From contig CAVUZH010000003.1 of the NCBI GenBank assembly GCA_963745835.1, positions 832,001-896,000 of the forward strand: 64,000 nt of DNA. The letters run 5' to 3'. A program made the position numbers and the translations under genes. This stretch comes from an uncultured delta proteobacterium. Its GTDB lineage: Bacteria; Desulfobacterota; Binatia; UBA9968. The notes under the pieces were generated by a model, which saw only the letters and a program-made list of their open reading frames with translations, did not search any database and was not told the DNA's origin. This document shows positions 44,882-55,330 of the stretch, one piece after another (position 1 is the stretch's first letter; each line of letters begins with the position of its first letter).

Positions 44882-45988
44882 ATGTTAAGTAGGACTTGGA
44901 AGATAATCATAGTTGTGACGTTCAGCGTGGTAGTGGTAATCCTCGCATTTTTTATGTTTGAAGGTTTTGCGAGTATTGTTTTTGTGGCGCACAAAATTAT
45001 GGCCAGCCGGCCACTCGCTGAAAGGTTGCATACAAAATATGATCAAGAGCTGGGATGGATTAATCTACCCAATCTACATATCGCGGACATGTATGGGACC
45101 GGCAAATATCTCAGGACTAATTCCCAATTATTTCGGAACAACGAGGATTTTGAGGCAAACATTAAAGATCATCGAGTCAGAATAGTTTGTTCTGGAGATT
45201 CATTTACGTTTGGATATGGAGTCGATAACGATCATACGTGGTGCAACATATTAACTTTAATTGACAGAAGATTAGAGACCATCAATATGGGACAAGGAGG
45301 ATATGGCATCGATCAATCCTATCTTTGGTATAAACGCAACAATCCAATCATTGACCATGACATTCATGTGTTTGCGTTCGTTACCACTGATTTTAAACGG
45401 ATGGAAAGTAGCAGCATGTTGGGTTACGGTAAGCCTATTTTAGAGCTGCACGATGGTATTCTTCGTCCAAAAAATATACCTGTTCCCACACGGAGTTTTT
45501 ATGTGCCATGGTTGACTCATATCATCAATGGTATTGGCGATCTCAGTTCCCTTAAACTTTTGGCTAAGTTGCGCGAAAAGATCTTCACTACGAAGGAAAC
45601 TCAAGCCAGCACTTCCCAGACATATGACATAGCAATAAAGGTTTTCGAAGAACTTTATCGTATCAATCGGAGCAAAGACAGCATATTGGTTTTGGTTTAT
45701 TTACCCACATTAGGTGATCATAGGGGAAATGCGTCAGACATCTGGAGACAATTCATAGATACGCATCTAGCGAAAGATAAAATCGTGTATATCGATTTGA
45801 TCGAGGATTTTAAAAAAGTGTTGCCCCAAGAAATCAAAAAGATGTTTATCAGCCCTGGGGTTTTGGATTATCACTACGCTGCTGGACATTATACCGAAGA
45901 GGGAAATGCTTATATCGCAGAAATGCTCTACAACAAATTAATTGCAATCCCGCAAATATCGGAGAGACTCCTGGAGCGAAGCTGGTAA
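44882..45988 (+). CDS. Membrane-anchored SGNH/GDSL hydrolase-family protein (esterase or acyltransferase)
   Basis: N-terminal TM, GDSFTFG, NMGQGGYGIDQ, GHYTEEGN; visibly AT-rich. Confidence 0.85.
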   Translation: MLSRTWKIIIVVTFSVVVVILAFFMFEGFASIVFVAHKIMASRPLAERLHTKYDQELGWINLPNLHIADMYGTGKYLRTNSQLFRNNEDFEANIKDHRVRIVCSGDSFTFGYGVDNDHTWCNILTLIDRRLETINMGQGGYGIDQSYLWYKRNNPIIDHDIHVFAFVTTDFKRMESSSMLGYGKPILELHDGILRPKNIPVPTRSFYVPWLTHIINGIGDLSSLKLLAKLREKIFTTKETQASTSQTYDIAIKVFEELYRINRSKDSILVLVYLPTLGDHRGNASDIWRQFIDTHLAKDKIVYIDLIEDFKKVLPQEIKKMFISPGVLDYHYAAGHYTEEGNAYIAEMLYNKLIAIPQISERLLERSW

Positions 45989-47750
45989 GCTGTTGAAGTT
46001 TCCTGCTTTGCCCGTACTGAATACAAGTCCTGAACAGGGCCTCAAAGGTTTCCGGAGAAGTCTTCAGAAAGGGCGAGCTGTGGGGGCCGACGTCCGTTTC
46101 GCATGGTTGACTGCGGCGGTCCTGCTCATTGGCGCCGGACTGCGGGTTGGTCAATATGCGATGGGAGAAGCGCTGTGGTATGACGAACTCGCGCTAGCCA
46201 GGAATTTGGTCGAAAGGTCCTTTCATGAACTTGTCACCTTACCCCTAGACTATGCCCAGGTTGCACCACCTGGGTTTCTCCTACTCGAGAAACTCGCGAT
46301 CACGGTGCTTGGAAATAACGAGTACGCGCTGCGTCTCTTCCCGCTCCTCTGTGCGTTGGCCTCACTTCCCCTTGTTGCGGAGGTCGCCCGCCGCATGCTC
46401 CTGACCGGGGCGGCTTTCATCGCGGTCATGATGTTCAGCCTGTCGCCCACGATCATCGGCTTCGGGTCACAGGTAAAGCAATATTCGACGGATGTCGCGG
46501 CGGCACTGCTAATGACGACTCTAACATTGCGGTGGTGGGAGGGACGGAACAGCAGGGACGGTGCTGTTTCCGCGGCTACTCTGCTCGGGATGCTGGGCTG
46601 CGTCGCCGTCTGGTTCTCGCAGGCGGCTGTGCTCGTCCTGGGTGGTCTAAGTTTGGCTCTGCTACTCGGAACCGTCCTCCAGCGCGAGCGAGCCACACTC
46701 CGGAATGTCGCACTAATTACCATCATCTGGGGCACGGGCATGGTCGGAGCGGTTATCTGGGCACTACAAAACGCAAGCCCAGCGACACATGCTTACATGC
46801 ATGAATATTGGGCGGAAGGATTTATGCCCCTACCGCCTTGGTCCGGCGATGAAGCAGTGTGGCTATGGCGCACTTTGCGCAGCTTCTTGTATCGCCAACT
46901 CCGCTACCCGTTCCCTGCTGTAGGAGTAATACTGACGGCGCTCGGCGCGGTAATCCTGGTCAAGCGCCGCCAATGGTTTGCATTTGTGGTAATCGCGCCA
47001 CTCGGTGTCGCCCTCCTGGCATCCGCCGCCCAACTTTATCCGGTGGGCGAGCGTGTCTCTCTCTTTCTCTTGCCAGGCATCCTGGTCCTCATGGCAGAGG
47101 GGGTCGACCGGGTGCGCCACACCGCCTCGGCTTACTGGCTCCCTCTCGGCGCAACTGTCTTTGCACTGGCGGCGGCAACTTCCGTCTACACTCTCTACCG
47201 GTATTTTCCCTTGTATCCCAAGAAGGAGATAAAAGACGTGCTCGCCTACGTGCAGACACGTCGTCAACCACACGACGCCGTCTACGTATATCACAACGCC
47301 TGGCACGCGGTTGCCTACTACGGGCCGCGCTACGGCCTGCTGTCACAAGATGTGGTACTTGGCTTTTGCCCCGGCAGCGATTCCCGTAGGCTCATCGATG
47401 AACTCGACCAGTTTCGGGGTCGGCCGCGGCTCTGGCTGATCATCTCGCACGCCGTCGGACCCTATCGCGAGCGCGAGGCAATGCTTAGCTATCTGGCCTC
47501 AATCGGAACCCAGCGCGACAGTATCGTAACGGGCCGGTCGCGACTGAGCTCAAGCGCGTATCTGTATGATCTTAGCGATCCTGAGCGACTCCGCAGCACT
47601 TTGGCCGAAACTTACGTTCTGCCGGAACGAGAGCATGGTATTCGGGAGTTCCCATGCCCACCGGGGTCTATCAAGCATTCAGCCGCGTCGCCACTAGCAG
47701 GGTTTGAGCGGGATTCCGTGGTCTCAAGGGCGAGAAAACCCCTTCGCTGA
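45942..47750 (+). CDS. GT39/PMT-like (GT-C) glycosyltransferase (true start probably downstream)
   Basis: ALWYDE.ALA.N, QVAPPGFL, EYALRLFPL, VKQYSTD, YP...R..LFL.P, RLWLI.SH. Confidence 0.85.
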   Translation: MQSRKYRRDSWSEAGKLLKFPALPVLNTSPEQGLKGFRRSLQKGRAVGADVRFAWLTAAVLLIGAGLRVGQYAMGEALWYDELALARNLVERSFHELVTLPLDYAQVAPPGFLLLEKLAITVLGNNEYALRLFPLLCALASLPLVAEVARRMLLTGAAFIAVMMFSLSPTIIGFGSQVKQYSTDVAAALLMTTLTLRWWEGRNSRDGAVSAATLLGMLGCVAVWFSQAAVLVLGGLSLALLLGTVLQRERATLRNVALITIIWGTGMVGAVIWALQNASPATHAYMHEYWAEGFMPLPPWSGDEAVWLWRTLRSFLYRQLRYPFPAVGVILTALGAVILVKRRQWFAFVVIAPLGVALLASAAQLYPVGERVSLFLLPGILVLMAEGVDRVRHTASAYWLPLGATVFALAAATSVYTLYRYFPLYPKKEIKDVLAYVQTRRQPHDAVYVYHNAWHAVAYYGPRYGLLSQDVVLGFCPGSDSRRLIDELDQFRGRPRLWLIISHAVGPYREREAMLSYLASIGTQRDSIVTGRSRLSSSAYLYDLSDPERLRSTLAETYVLPEREHGIREFPCPPGSIKHSAASPLAGFERDSVVSRARKPLR

Positions 47751-47792
47751 GCGGGCGGTCGAGACAAATTATATTAGCCGGGAAATGAGGAT

Positions 47793-49031
47793 TTGAAGAC
47801 TTTTGCTCTGGTACCACGGCGTTTCCTGTCTCTAAGTTGGCAGTCGGTAATCTGGAGCGTGAATGGGTTCTTTCTAATGATGACAGTGGCCGTTGCCTAC
47901 TTGCCGGGCGGCAGTTCTACTGGTAGGCAGGGAATCTTTGCATATCTCGCACAATTTACGCTTGGGGAAGAGAGAAACCTGGCAACCTATTGGGAAGGGT
48001 GGTGTTTGCTCCTTATAGCAATTCTTGCTCTTGAACAGTTTCTCCAAGGTAGGAAGACGCAAACTTATAAAAATCAGTCCTGGTTGGGGCTTTCGATGCT
48101 CGCGTTGGGTTTGTCGCTGGATGAGTTGGGCTCCATCCACGAACAAGCAGAGTTGCTTTTCGGCCCGTGGGGCCTCTCTGGAACCATCAAATCCAAAATT
48201 CCACTAGCCCTGCCCGGTCTATTACTCCTGATCTTTACGCTGCGAAGGATGTGGTCCCTTGCTAATCGTCGCCCCTTCTGGTTGACCTTGAGCGCCTTCA
48301 CTCTTTTCGGTTCCGTCGCTTTTCAAGAACATCTTGAGCACACACTCGCATGGCCGTGGTGGGCTGCAGGCATCCGGGTCGGGATCGAAGAAGCCACGGA
48401 ACTAGTCGGTGTTTTTCTTCTTTTGTCTGTATTCAATCCCGCACGGCATCACTCAGGACCGGTCTCCATCCTAAGTCTTGCTCCGCGAGCAACGACACTC
48501 ATACAACTAAAGACTATTCTCGCTTTTTTGACTCTAGTAACTTTTATACCCCTCGGTATGTTAACGATTTTTGTTGTTTCGGATGCACATCATAGAGGCG
48601 TTCCCGCGGCATGGCTGCCATTTGTCTTATTGAACTTATCGTCGATGACGGCTTGGGCCTGCGCTCAAAAAGGGGAGAGATATAGAGATGGCTACATTGT
48701 CGCGTTTCTCTTGGCCTTCATCTTTTCGCTGGATCAGATTATTGTCTTCGAAAGAGTCATCGACAAGAGTTTAATAGTTGGAACAACGGCGGCTTTGATG
48801 TTTCCTTGTATGGCGGCGGCATGTCTTGCGATTCCAACCTTACGCACCCGTTTCAACTGCATATTGTTCGGAGCACTGTTGCCATTGAGTGTCGGCCTCC
48901 TTTTTTCCTCTAACCTGCTTCCATGGCTTGTCCTCCCTATTCAAGCGATGGGCCTCTTCTGGATCTTGAGCATCGAATTGGCAGAGATCACGGGTGCAGC
49001 TTATACGTTCTCCTCAGAGCAAGCTTTATAG
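47793..49031 (+). CDS. Polytopic membrane protein of unknown function
   Basis: 412-aa hydrophobic ORF with EERNLATY, LSLDELGSIHE and IEEATELVG. Confidence 0.7.
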   Translation: MKTFALVPRRFLSLSWQSVIWSVNGFFLMMTVAVAYLPGGSSTGRQGIFAYLAQFTLGEERNLATYWEGWCLLLIAILALEQFLQGRKTQTYKNQSWLGLSMLALGLSLDELGSIHEQAELLFGPWGLSGTIKSKIPLALPGLLLLIFTLRRMWSLANRRPFWLTLSAFTLFGSVAFQEHLEHTLAWPWWAAGIRVGIEEATELVGVFLLLSVFNPARHHSGPVSILSLAPRATTLIQLKTILAFLTLVTFIPLGMLTIFVVSDAHHRGVPAAWLPFVLLNLSSMTAWACAQKGERYRDGYIVAFLLAFIFSLDQIIVFERVIDKSLIVGTTAALMFPCMAAACLAIPTLRTRFNCILFGALLPLSVGLLFSSNLLPWLVLPIQAMGLFWILSIELAEITGAAYTFSSEQAL

Positions 49032-49429
49032 GCCGCCGCAAGAATCCATATGATGTGATCGAAATATAAGTTAGCGTTAGGCTAATGGAAGGGCTAGACT
49101 AGGAAGATCGACAGGAACTCGAGTTCGTATGGCGCTTCTAATCTGAGATGACCTTTTCAAGACCAGCCCGATAACGGCGCGTTTAGAAAACACTAGGACG
49201 TTGCTAGCGCGAAGCAGCGTTGTAAATTTCGCGGGCTAAGTACTCCTACCTAACCGTCAAGATCACGGCGAACTTGCCGATCTGTTTGTTTAATGACCGA
49301 CACGATGAGATCAAGCAATGACTATGTTATGTTGAAACGTTTATAGGGTAGAGGCCCACAAAGACCTGAATAGAAGGCCGGACGAACCTTTTCAGACGCT
49401 ACCGATATTCGCAATGTCGCAATAGTATT

Positions 49430-49775
49430 ATAGCTGTTTGTTCTATCCTTGCTCTTAGAGTTCTCTTTCTTGGCGATACTTTTCAAAACTCCGATAACGC
49501 TGAGCTTGCATTCAAAATACTTAAGAACTCCGGTTACACATGGATTATTCGGGAATATTACGGTTCGTTGATCAACATATATGTTAAATTCTTTGTGGCT
49601 GTAGTTTCCTCATTAGGGGTTACAATACGGAGTTCTGGTGGAAGGTACCAATCGCCATCTTGGGCTCCCCTCAAACACCTTTAACCTACTTTTGTTAAAG
49701 CGAAGCATAGATTGCTCTGATATCGTTGCGCTGTCCGGCGCTGTGCTTGTTGCTATACTTCCGATCCTTTGACTG
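49430..49775 (+). pseudogene. Relic of the N-terminal part of a GT-C gene (copy 1)
   Basis: ELAFKILKNSGYTWIIREYYGSLINIYVKFF..VSSLGVT/EFWWKVPIAILGS...ALSGAVLVAILP*, broken by frameshifts. Confidence 0.65.
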
Positions 49776-49855
49776 GGTGTTCGAGGCGTAACGTTCCCGT
49801 CGCTATGGCCTCCTTTCGTTGGAGGCCGATACCATAAATCGAGATTAACTCGAGT

Positions 49856-51268
49856 ATGCTCAAACACATCCGAGGGATCCGAATGCCGAAGTTGACTATG
49901 CCTGTAATGATTCTTGCTTCGACGATTTTGCTAAATTCTCCGGCTTTCTTTAACGGATTTCCTCTTGTTGCAGGCGATACGGCAGCATACATTGTAGATG
50001 CTCCAAAATTTCTACTATTCTTCACAATAAATTGGGCTCGACCAGTTTTTTACAGCATTTTCATACTTCCGCTACATCTGACGCTATCCGTATGGCCAAT
50101 TGTGTTGGTGCAGGGCCTGATCGTGGCTCACCTTCTCTTCATCACTTTGCGTGTCATTAGCCAGAAGCAGCGGGAATCTTTCCTAATTGTTATTCTAATA
50201 CTAACCGTCTGCACGAGCCTGCCTTGGCTAGTAGGGCAGATTATGGCTGACGTCTTCACAGGTATCGTAATCCTTGGCCTGTTTCTGCTTAGCTTTGGCC
50301 TTGATCGACTCACGAGGCTGGAGATAGTCTATATCTTTTTTCTCACTACCGGTGCAATCTCATTCCATTCCAGCCACGTCCCACTCGCACTTGGATTAGT
50401 CATCGTAACCGTTGGGTTGCAAGGATTACTTAGATGGCACGGTTGGTGCCGAATGAAGAAGTTAGCGCTTCTTATTGGTCCAATCATGCTTGCAACCTCT
50501 GCTTTGCTCGCCGTCAATATTGCGGCCGTCGGTCAGATCACGCTCTCTCCAGGCGGTCCCTTGTTCCTCTTGGCGCGGTTGATTGAAGACGGCACAGCGA
50601 GAATGTATTTGGACGCGACATGTCCGGAAAAGGGCTATGTGCTGTGCTCATACCGCGATGAACTGAGTTCCAGCTGGCACTTTCTCTGGAGTAAGGATTC
50701 GCCGTTGCCGAAGGCTGGCGGACCATGGGAACTGCGGGCGGAGGCAAGCGAGATTGTCTGGGGTTCTTTACGAGCATATCCTGTACAGCAACTTCATAAA
50801 TCACTTCACAATTTCTTCCAACAATTTGTTAGTATTTCGACTGGCGCTAGTTTGAGACCACGATTGGAAGGTGATCATACAAATAGAGTTATTCAGACTG
50901 TATTTGGGCCGTCTGTTCACGCACGTTATGTGACGTCAAGGCAGAATACGCAAAAACTGCCCATTGTTGCGGTAGAGTGGCTCCACAATACTGCTGTAGT
51001 TGTATCTATCCCCATCGTCGTCTTTTTGTTCGTAATCTTCATCCGGCGAAAAGAGCCTCTGTATGTGTCTCTCTTTATCTTGATTTTGTTTGGCCTTATA
51101 GCAAATGCTTTCATTGTTGGTGCCCTGTCCTTCGTATACAGTCGCCTCCAGAGTCGAGTCATCTGGCTGGTGGTCTTTTATGCGACCGTTGGCTCTTTAC
51201 AAATGCTGAGGGATTCTTCGTTATCCCATAGACCTATGCAGAAGGTGCGGAAACTGGTGTGCCCATAA
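49856..51268 (+). CDS. Polytopic membrane protein, GT-C-like
   Basis: NGFPLVAGDTAAY, RPVFYS, MADVF, H.SH, FLLARLIEDG, NAFIVGALS...RLQSRVIW. Confidence 0.72.
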   Translation: MLKHIRGIRMPKLTMPVMILASTILLNSPAFFNGFPLVAGDTAAYIVDAPKFLLFFTINWARPVFYSIFILPLHLTLSVWPIVLVQGLIVAHLLFITLRVISQKQRESFLIVILILTVCTSLPWLVGQIMADVFTGIVILGLFLLSFGLDRLTRLEIVYIFFLTTGAISFHSSHVPLALGLVIVTVGLQGLLRWHGWCRMKKLALLIGPIMLATSALLAVNIAAVGQITLSPGGPLFLLARLIEDGTARMYLDATCPEKGYVLCSYRDELSSSWHFLWSKDSPLPKAGGPWELRAEASEIVWGSLRAYPVQQLHKSLHNFFQQFVSISTGASLRPRLEGDHTNRVIQTVFGPSVHARYVTSRQNTQKLPIVAVEWLHNTAVVVSIPIVVFLFVIFIRRKEPLYVSLFILILFGLIANAFIVGALSFVYSRLQSRVIWLVVFYATVGSLQMLRDSSLSHRPMQKVRKLVCP

Positions 51269-51940
51269 GAACTCGACTTTGACTATTTTCCAATATGAGA
51301 TAGCCACTTCTGATCTGGACATTGAAAGCTGAAGTTCGAGTGCTGTCATGCGCTGTGACGACTGAATCGGTCCCCTTACGCTTGGAAAGAAGCTTGATAG
51401 CTGGAAGTCTGGCATTTCCAGATACAAATATAATTGGCAAAGGCTTTAGTGAAGACTCTGCAAAGTAGTGGTCCCATCGCAAACTTAGATCATTCAACAC
51501 TTTTAGATGTACTGTTCCAGGGTAGATACTGTGGGCGACAGTTATGCAAGCCCCAACACAATGCTGTGATGGTATCACATATCTGGTCCTTTCAGAGACG
51601 GATGAGGGCATTTAGGATAACGGCAGCAGAGAAACGTTTGGTAACCGGAGCACAAGATCATGACTAGATGGGCACGCGTAACAGGTTTTGTGTTAGGTGT
51701 AATTTTTGTTGTCGCTAGTGAAGCTCGCGTTCTATCGCTACATCAACCGTGGATCTTCCAGTATATTATTCAATTGATCGGGCTTGATTGATTGCCGCCG
51801 CTACTCTTGGTCCGTGAAAAGGCGGTTTTTTCGCAGTTATTTTCAAATCCATCGGGGAGCATGGGTAGTCGGCTATGTCTGTCTAGCTTAGTAAGACAGC
51901 CACAGAAAGCAGAGATGATCACTGCGCTACCTGGTAAGTA

Positions 51941-53443
51941 ATGCATCTAGAAATTAACGGAAGATTGCTGACTCGCAATACCCTGCTTAACTTCATTGGG
52001 CAAATGGGACCTCTGCTTGTCGGGATAGCGACTATTCCATTCATCATCAGAGGCTTGGGCGTGGAACGCTTCGGGCTTCTATCTATTGCCTGGCTAGCGC
52101 CGGAGTATTTCACCTTCATCGACTTAGGTATCGGAAGAGCCACCGTCAAATATGTGGCCGAAGCATTGGGCAAGGGTGACAAAGATAAAATGTCACGCGT
52201 CGCCTCGACGGCGGTGATCGCCCAGTTCGGTTTAGGAATCTTAGGAACGGTCGTTCTTATCAGCATCACACCTTTCCTGACAGAGCATGTCTTGAATATC
52301 CCTCCGCCGTTGGCGGCTGAGGGCAAAGCTATATTCCAATTACTGGCTCTTTCCATCCCATTGGTCTTAGTTTCGGGATCGGTAACCGGAATTCTTGCAG
52401 CGGCCCAGCGGTTCGATTTGGTAAATGCCGTCAATGCTACTTTCAACACCGCCAACCCTGTCTTGACGCTCATTGGTGTGCTTTGGTTCGATTGGCATCT
52501 GATCGAGATAGTTGGAATGTTGGTCGCCTCGCGCTTCATTGCAGTGGTTGCACACTGCTGGCTCTGCATGCGCGTTTTTCCGTCGTTGAAGGTACCGCGC
52601 TTTCATCCGGCAGAGCTAAAAATCCTCCTTGCGTTCGGGGGATGGGTGACAGTATCCAGCATAGCTGTACCGATCTTACTTTACCTGGATCGTTTCATAA
52701 TCGGCGCGTCGCTAACAATGGCCGCGGTTGCCTACTATTCAATTCCGTACGAAATTGTCACACGTCTGTGGATTATACCCGCGAGCCTCGGAACAACGCT
52801 CTTTCCGGCTTTCAGCATGCTCACGGGCCAGGCGCAACCGGAGCGGCTTGCATCGCTTCTTGCTCGATCGATGAAGTGGATGCTCCTGACCTTGGGGCCG
52901 GCTGTGGTGGTTGTTACGGCTTTTGCCGGGGACATCCTTGAAATTTGGCTCGGATTGGACTTCGCGCGGGAGAGTTCACTGGTACTTCAGATCCTGGCAG
53001 TGGGTATATTAATCAACTGTATGGTTCACGTGCAGTATGCCATGATTCAGGCTCTGGGGCGGCCAGACCTTACGGCCAAGTTTCACTTGCTGCAACTGCC
53101 GCTACACGGTTTACTGCTATGGTGGTTGGTCGGCTTATGGGGGATTACGGGTGCAGCACTTGCCCAGTCGATTCGATTAAGTGTGGAAGCCCTGCTCCTC
53201 CTTGTAGCTGCCTGTCGGATGGCAACGTTGCCTTTCTCCTCGTTGATCTACGATAAGATCCTTCAAAGCTCGCTGTTCCTCTTCCTATTTATTGGCTTAT
53301 CCATAGGAATTACTAACCTTTCACTAGTGATGTGGCAACGCCTCCTCGGATTAGCGATCGTCTTTTTGGCAGTTGGGACAACTGTCTGGCGTTACTCGCT
53401 TGATCGACAAGACCGTGAATTTTTAGCCAAATCTTTTGACTAG
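51941..53443 (+). CDS. wzx: Second Wzx-type flippase
   Basis: RNTLLN..G, LGVERFG, DLGIGRA, FGGWVTVS, DRFIIG, AYYSIP, QALGRPD. Confidence 0.9.
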   Translation: MHLEINGRLLTRNTLLNFIGQMGPLLVGIATIPFIIRGLGVERFGLLSIAWLAPEYFTFIDLGIGRATVKYVAEALGKGDKDKMSRVASTAVIAQFGLGILGTVVLISITPFLTEHVLNIPPPLAAEGKAIFQLLALSIPLVLVSGSVTGILAAAQRFDLVNAVNATFNTANPVLTLIGVLWFDWHLIEIVGMLVASRFIAVVAHCWLCMRVFPSLKVPRFHPAELKILLAFGGWVTVSSIAVPILLYLDRFIIGASLTMAAVAYYSIPYEIVTRLWIIPASLGTTLFPAFSMLTGQAQPERLASLLARSMKWMLLTLGPAVVVVTAFAGDILEIWLGLDFARESSLVLQILAVGILINCMVHVQYAMIQALGRPDLTAKFHLLQLPLHGLLLWWLVGLWGITGAALAQSIRLSVEALLLLVAACRMATLPFSSLIYDKILQSSLFLFLFIGLSIGITNLSLVMWQRLLGLAIVFLAVGTTVWRYSLDRQDREFLAKSFD

Positions 53444-53574
53444 CACGCATAAGACGGATCAGTTACCCTATTGAAACGGCCCTACGGCCCTTTCAGATGA
53501 GATCATGAGACCGCTAGACAATACAACTTCATACAATGTGAAGACACGGTTATTACCGCAACGGTAGCTATCGC

Positions 53575-53850
53575 GATACTGACGTCGTCATTCTTGCTCG
53601 CTTCCTTCTAAGATCACTTTTCTCGGTAATACGTCTCAAGCTAAGAGAAGGTGAATTGGGTTTCAAGATTTCTAAAAAATCCCGGCTACTTGGATCATTC
53701 GGGAATATTACGGCATCTTGATAAATGTCTATATCAATCAAAATATTTGCGGGTGTCTCGTCATCTTTAGGTGTGACTATCACCGATTTCTGCGTGGAAG
53801 GCGCCGATCGCAATACTGGGATCTATCCAAGCGCCTTTACTTATCAGACC
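53575..53850 (+). pseudogene. Relic of the N-terminal part of a GT-C gene (copy 2, paralog of 49430-49775)
   Basis: ELGFKI..NPGY/WIIREYYGILINVY/KIFAGVSSSLGVTITDF/WKAPIAILGSIQAPL, broken by frameshifts. Confidence 0.65.
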
Positions 53851-53986
53851 GATTTGGTCCCAGATAAACCGATCCCTTCGTAAGCTCGTCATGAACCATC
53901 TAACCGGCCGGCAACCAAAGCGCGATACTTATGACGATTCGCTGCCCGATATCGATCCGGTTTTTGTTAGAAGGGCATAAATTCGA

Positions 53987-55144
53987 ATGAAACTTCTACA
54001 GATTGGCGCAAGCTGGATATCTTACCAATTTAGCGGGTTGGAGCGGTATTATGCGGAATTGGTCACCCGCCTCCCTTCTCTTGGAACCGAAGTTACAGGC
54101 CTGGTTTACGAACTGAAAGAGTCGCCTAAAATCGCGGGTTTGAACCTAATCTCTTTTGGAACCCAGGAGAAAAACGTTATCCGACAATACTTGGATCAGC
54201 GGCGTCTTATCACGCGTAACCTACGTCAAGATATCGATATGGTTGTTTCCCATTGCACGCCGTCGCTCTTTCCTTCTTTGGAATACTTGGGGCGCAAACC
54301 ATTGATTTGTCATTTCCATGGACCCCGCTATCTCGAGCGCGCCCTTGAGGGTGCTCATCCTATGTCGGTCCGTCTGTCGAGGTACATCGAAGAACACGTG
54401 TATGCTCGTACGGATCACGCAATCACGCTTTCGAATTACATGAAGCGCGTTCTGGTAGAAACATACCACTTTGCGGAAAAGAAGATTTCGGTGGTTCCGG
54501 GAGGCGTTAACGTAGATCACTTCAAGCAAACAGTTCCGCGGCAGGAAGCGCGCCGGCAGTTGGGTCTGGCAACCGATCGGCCCATAATTCTGGCGGTGAG
54601 AAGATTGGAACGCCGCATGGGCTTGCAGAATTTGGTTGAAGCGATCCATGAAGTCGCGTCGAAGCATCGAGACGTATTATTATTGATTGCGGGGAAAGGA
54701 TCACTAGAAGAAAAGCTGGATGAGCAAATTCGCTCCAGCAATTTAACCGGCAACGTCAAGATGCTCGGGGCCATCAGTGAACAGGATCTCCCTTTGCTAT
54801 ACCGCGCTGCAGACTTTTCCATCGTTCCGAGCAGTGCCTACGAGGGCTTTGGACTCATACTTCTTGAATCCCTCGCATCCGGCACACCGGTCCTTGGTAC
54901 ACCGGTTGGCGCGATCCCGGAAGTGCTCGGACCCTTCGATGAATCGTTGTTGTTGGAAGGCGCCTCCCCAAAGCATCTCGCCGACGGAATATGCGAAACG
55001 CTTTCGGGCCGCCGTAAGTTGCCATCAATGACAGAATGCGAGATGTACGCGGTGGATCGCTTCGCATGGCCCGTTGTGGTATCGAGCATAAATAAAGTCT
55101 ATTACGATGTACTTGGCATGGTAGACGGCAACGCAGCAGCCTAG
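53987..55144 (+). CDS. GT4 glycosyltransferase
   Basis: HFHGP, VRRLERRMGL.NL, YEGFGLILLESLASGTPVLGTPVG. Confidence 0.9.
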   Translation: MKLLQIGASWISYQFSGLERYYAELVTRLPSLGTEVTGLVYELKESPKIAGLNLISFGTQEKNVIRQYLDQRRLITRNLRQDIDMVVSHCTPSLFPSLEYLGRKPLICHFHGPRYLERALEGAHPMSVRLSRYIEEHVYARTDHAITLSNYMKRVLVETYHFAEKKISVVPGGVNVDHFKQTVPRQEARRQLGLATDRPIILAVRRLERRMGLQNLVEAIHEVASKHRDVLLLIAGKGSLEEKLDEQIRSSNLTGNVKMLGAISEQDLPLLYRAADFSIVPSSAYEGFGLILLESLASGTPVLGTPVGAIPEVLGPFDESLLLEGASPKHLADGICETLSGRRKLPSMTECEMYAVDRFAWPVVVSSINKVYYDVLGMVDGNAAA

Positions 55145-55330
55145 ATTATTTTCTTACGTGGATCTTTGTGCAACGCCGTTCGGACATAAAATCTTTTCAG
55201 TTCAGCCGGCTGGTACGTGCATCACAAGTGTGTGACTTTTACTCTCAACAATAAATCCATACTCAGTAACTCACAGCTCGCCGCCTTCTTAACGTCGTTA
55301 AGTTTTTCCAATTAAGTCGGCTTATCATCA

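Noticed and set aside
51270-51940. Short ORF 51434-51667 or a possible further gene relic
   Set aside because: No motif or paralog could be identified with confidence, so it was left unannotated.
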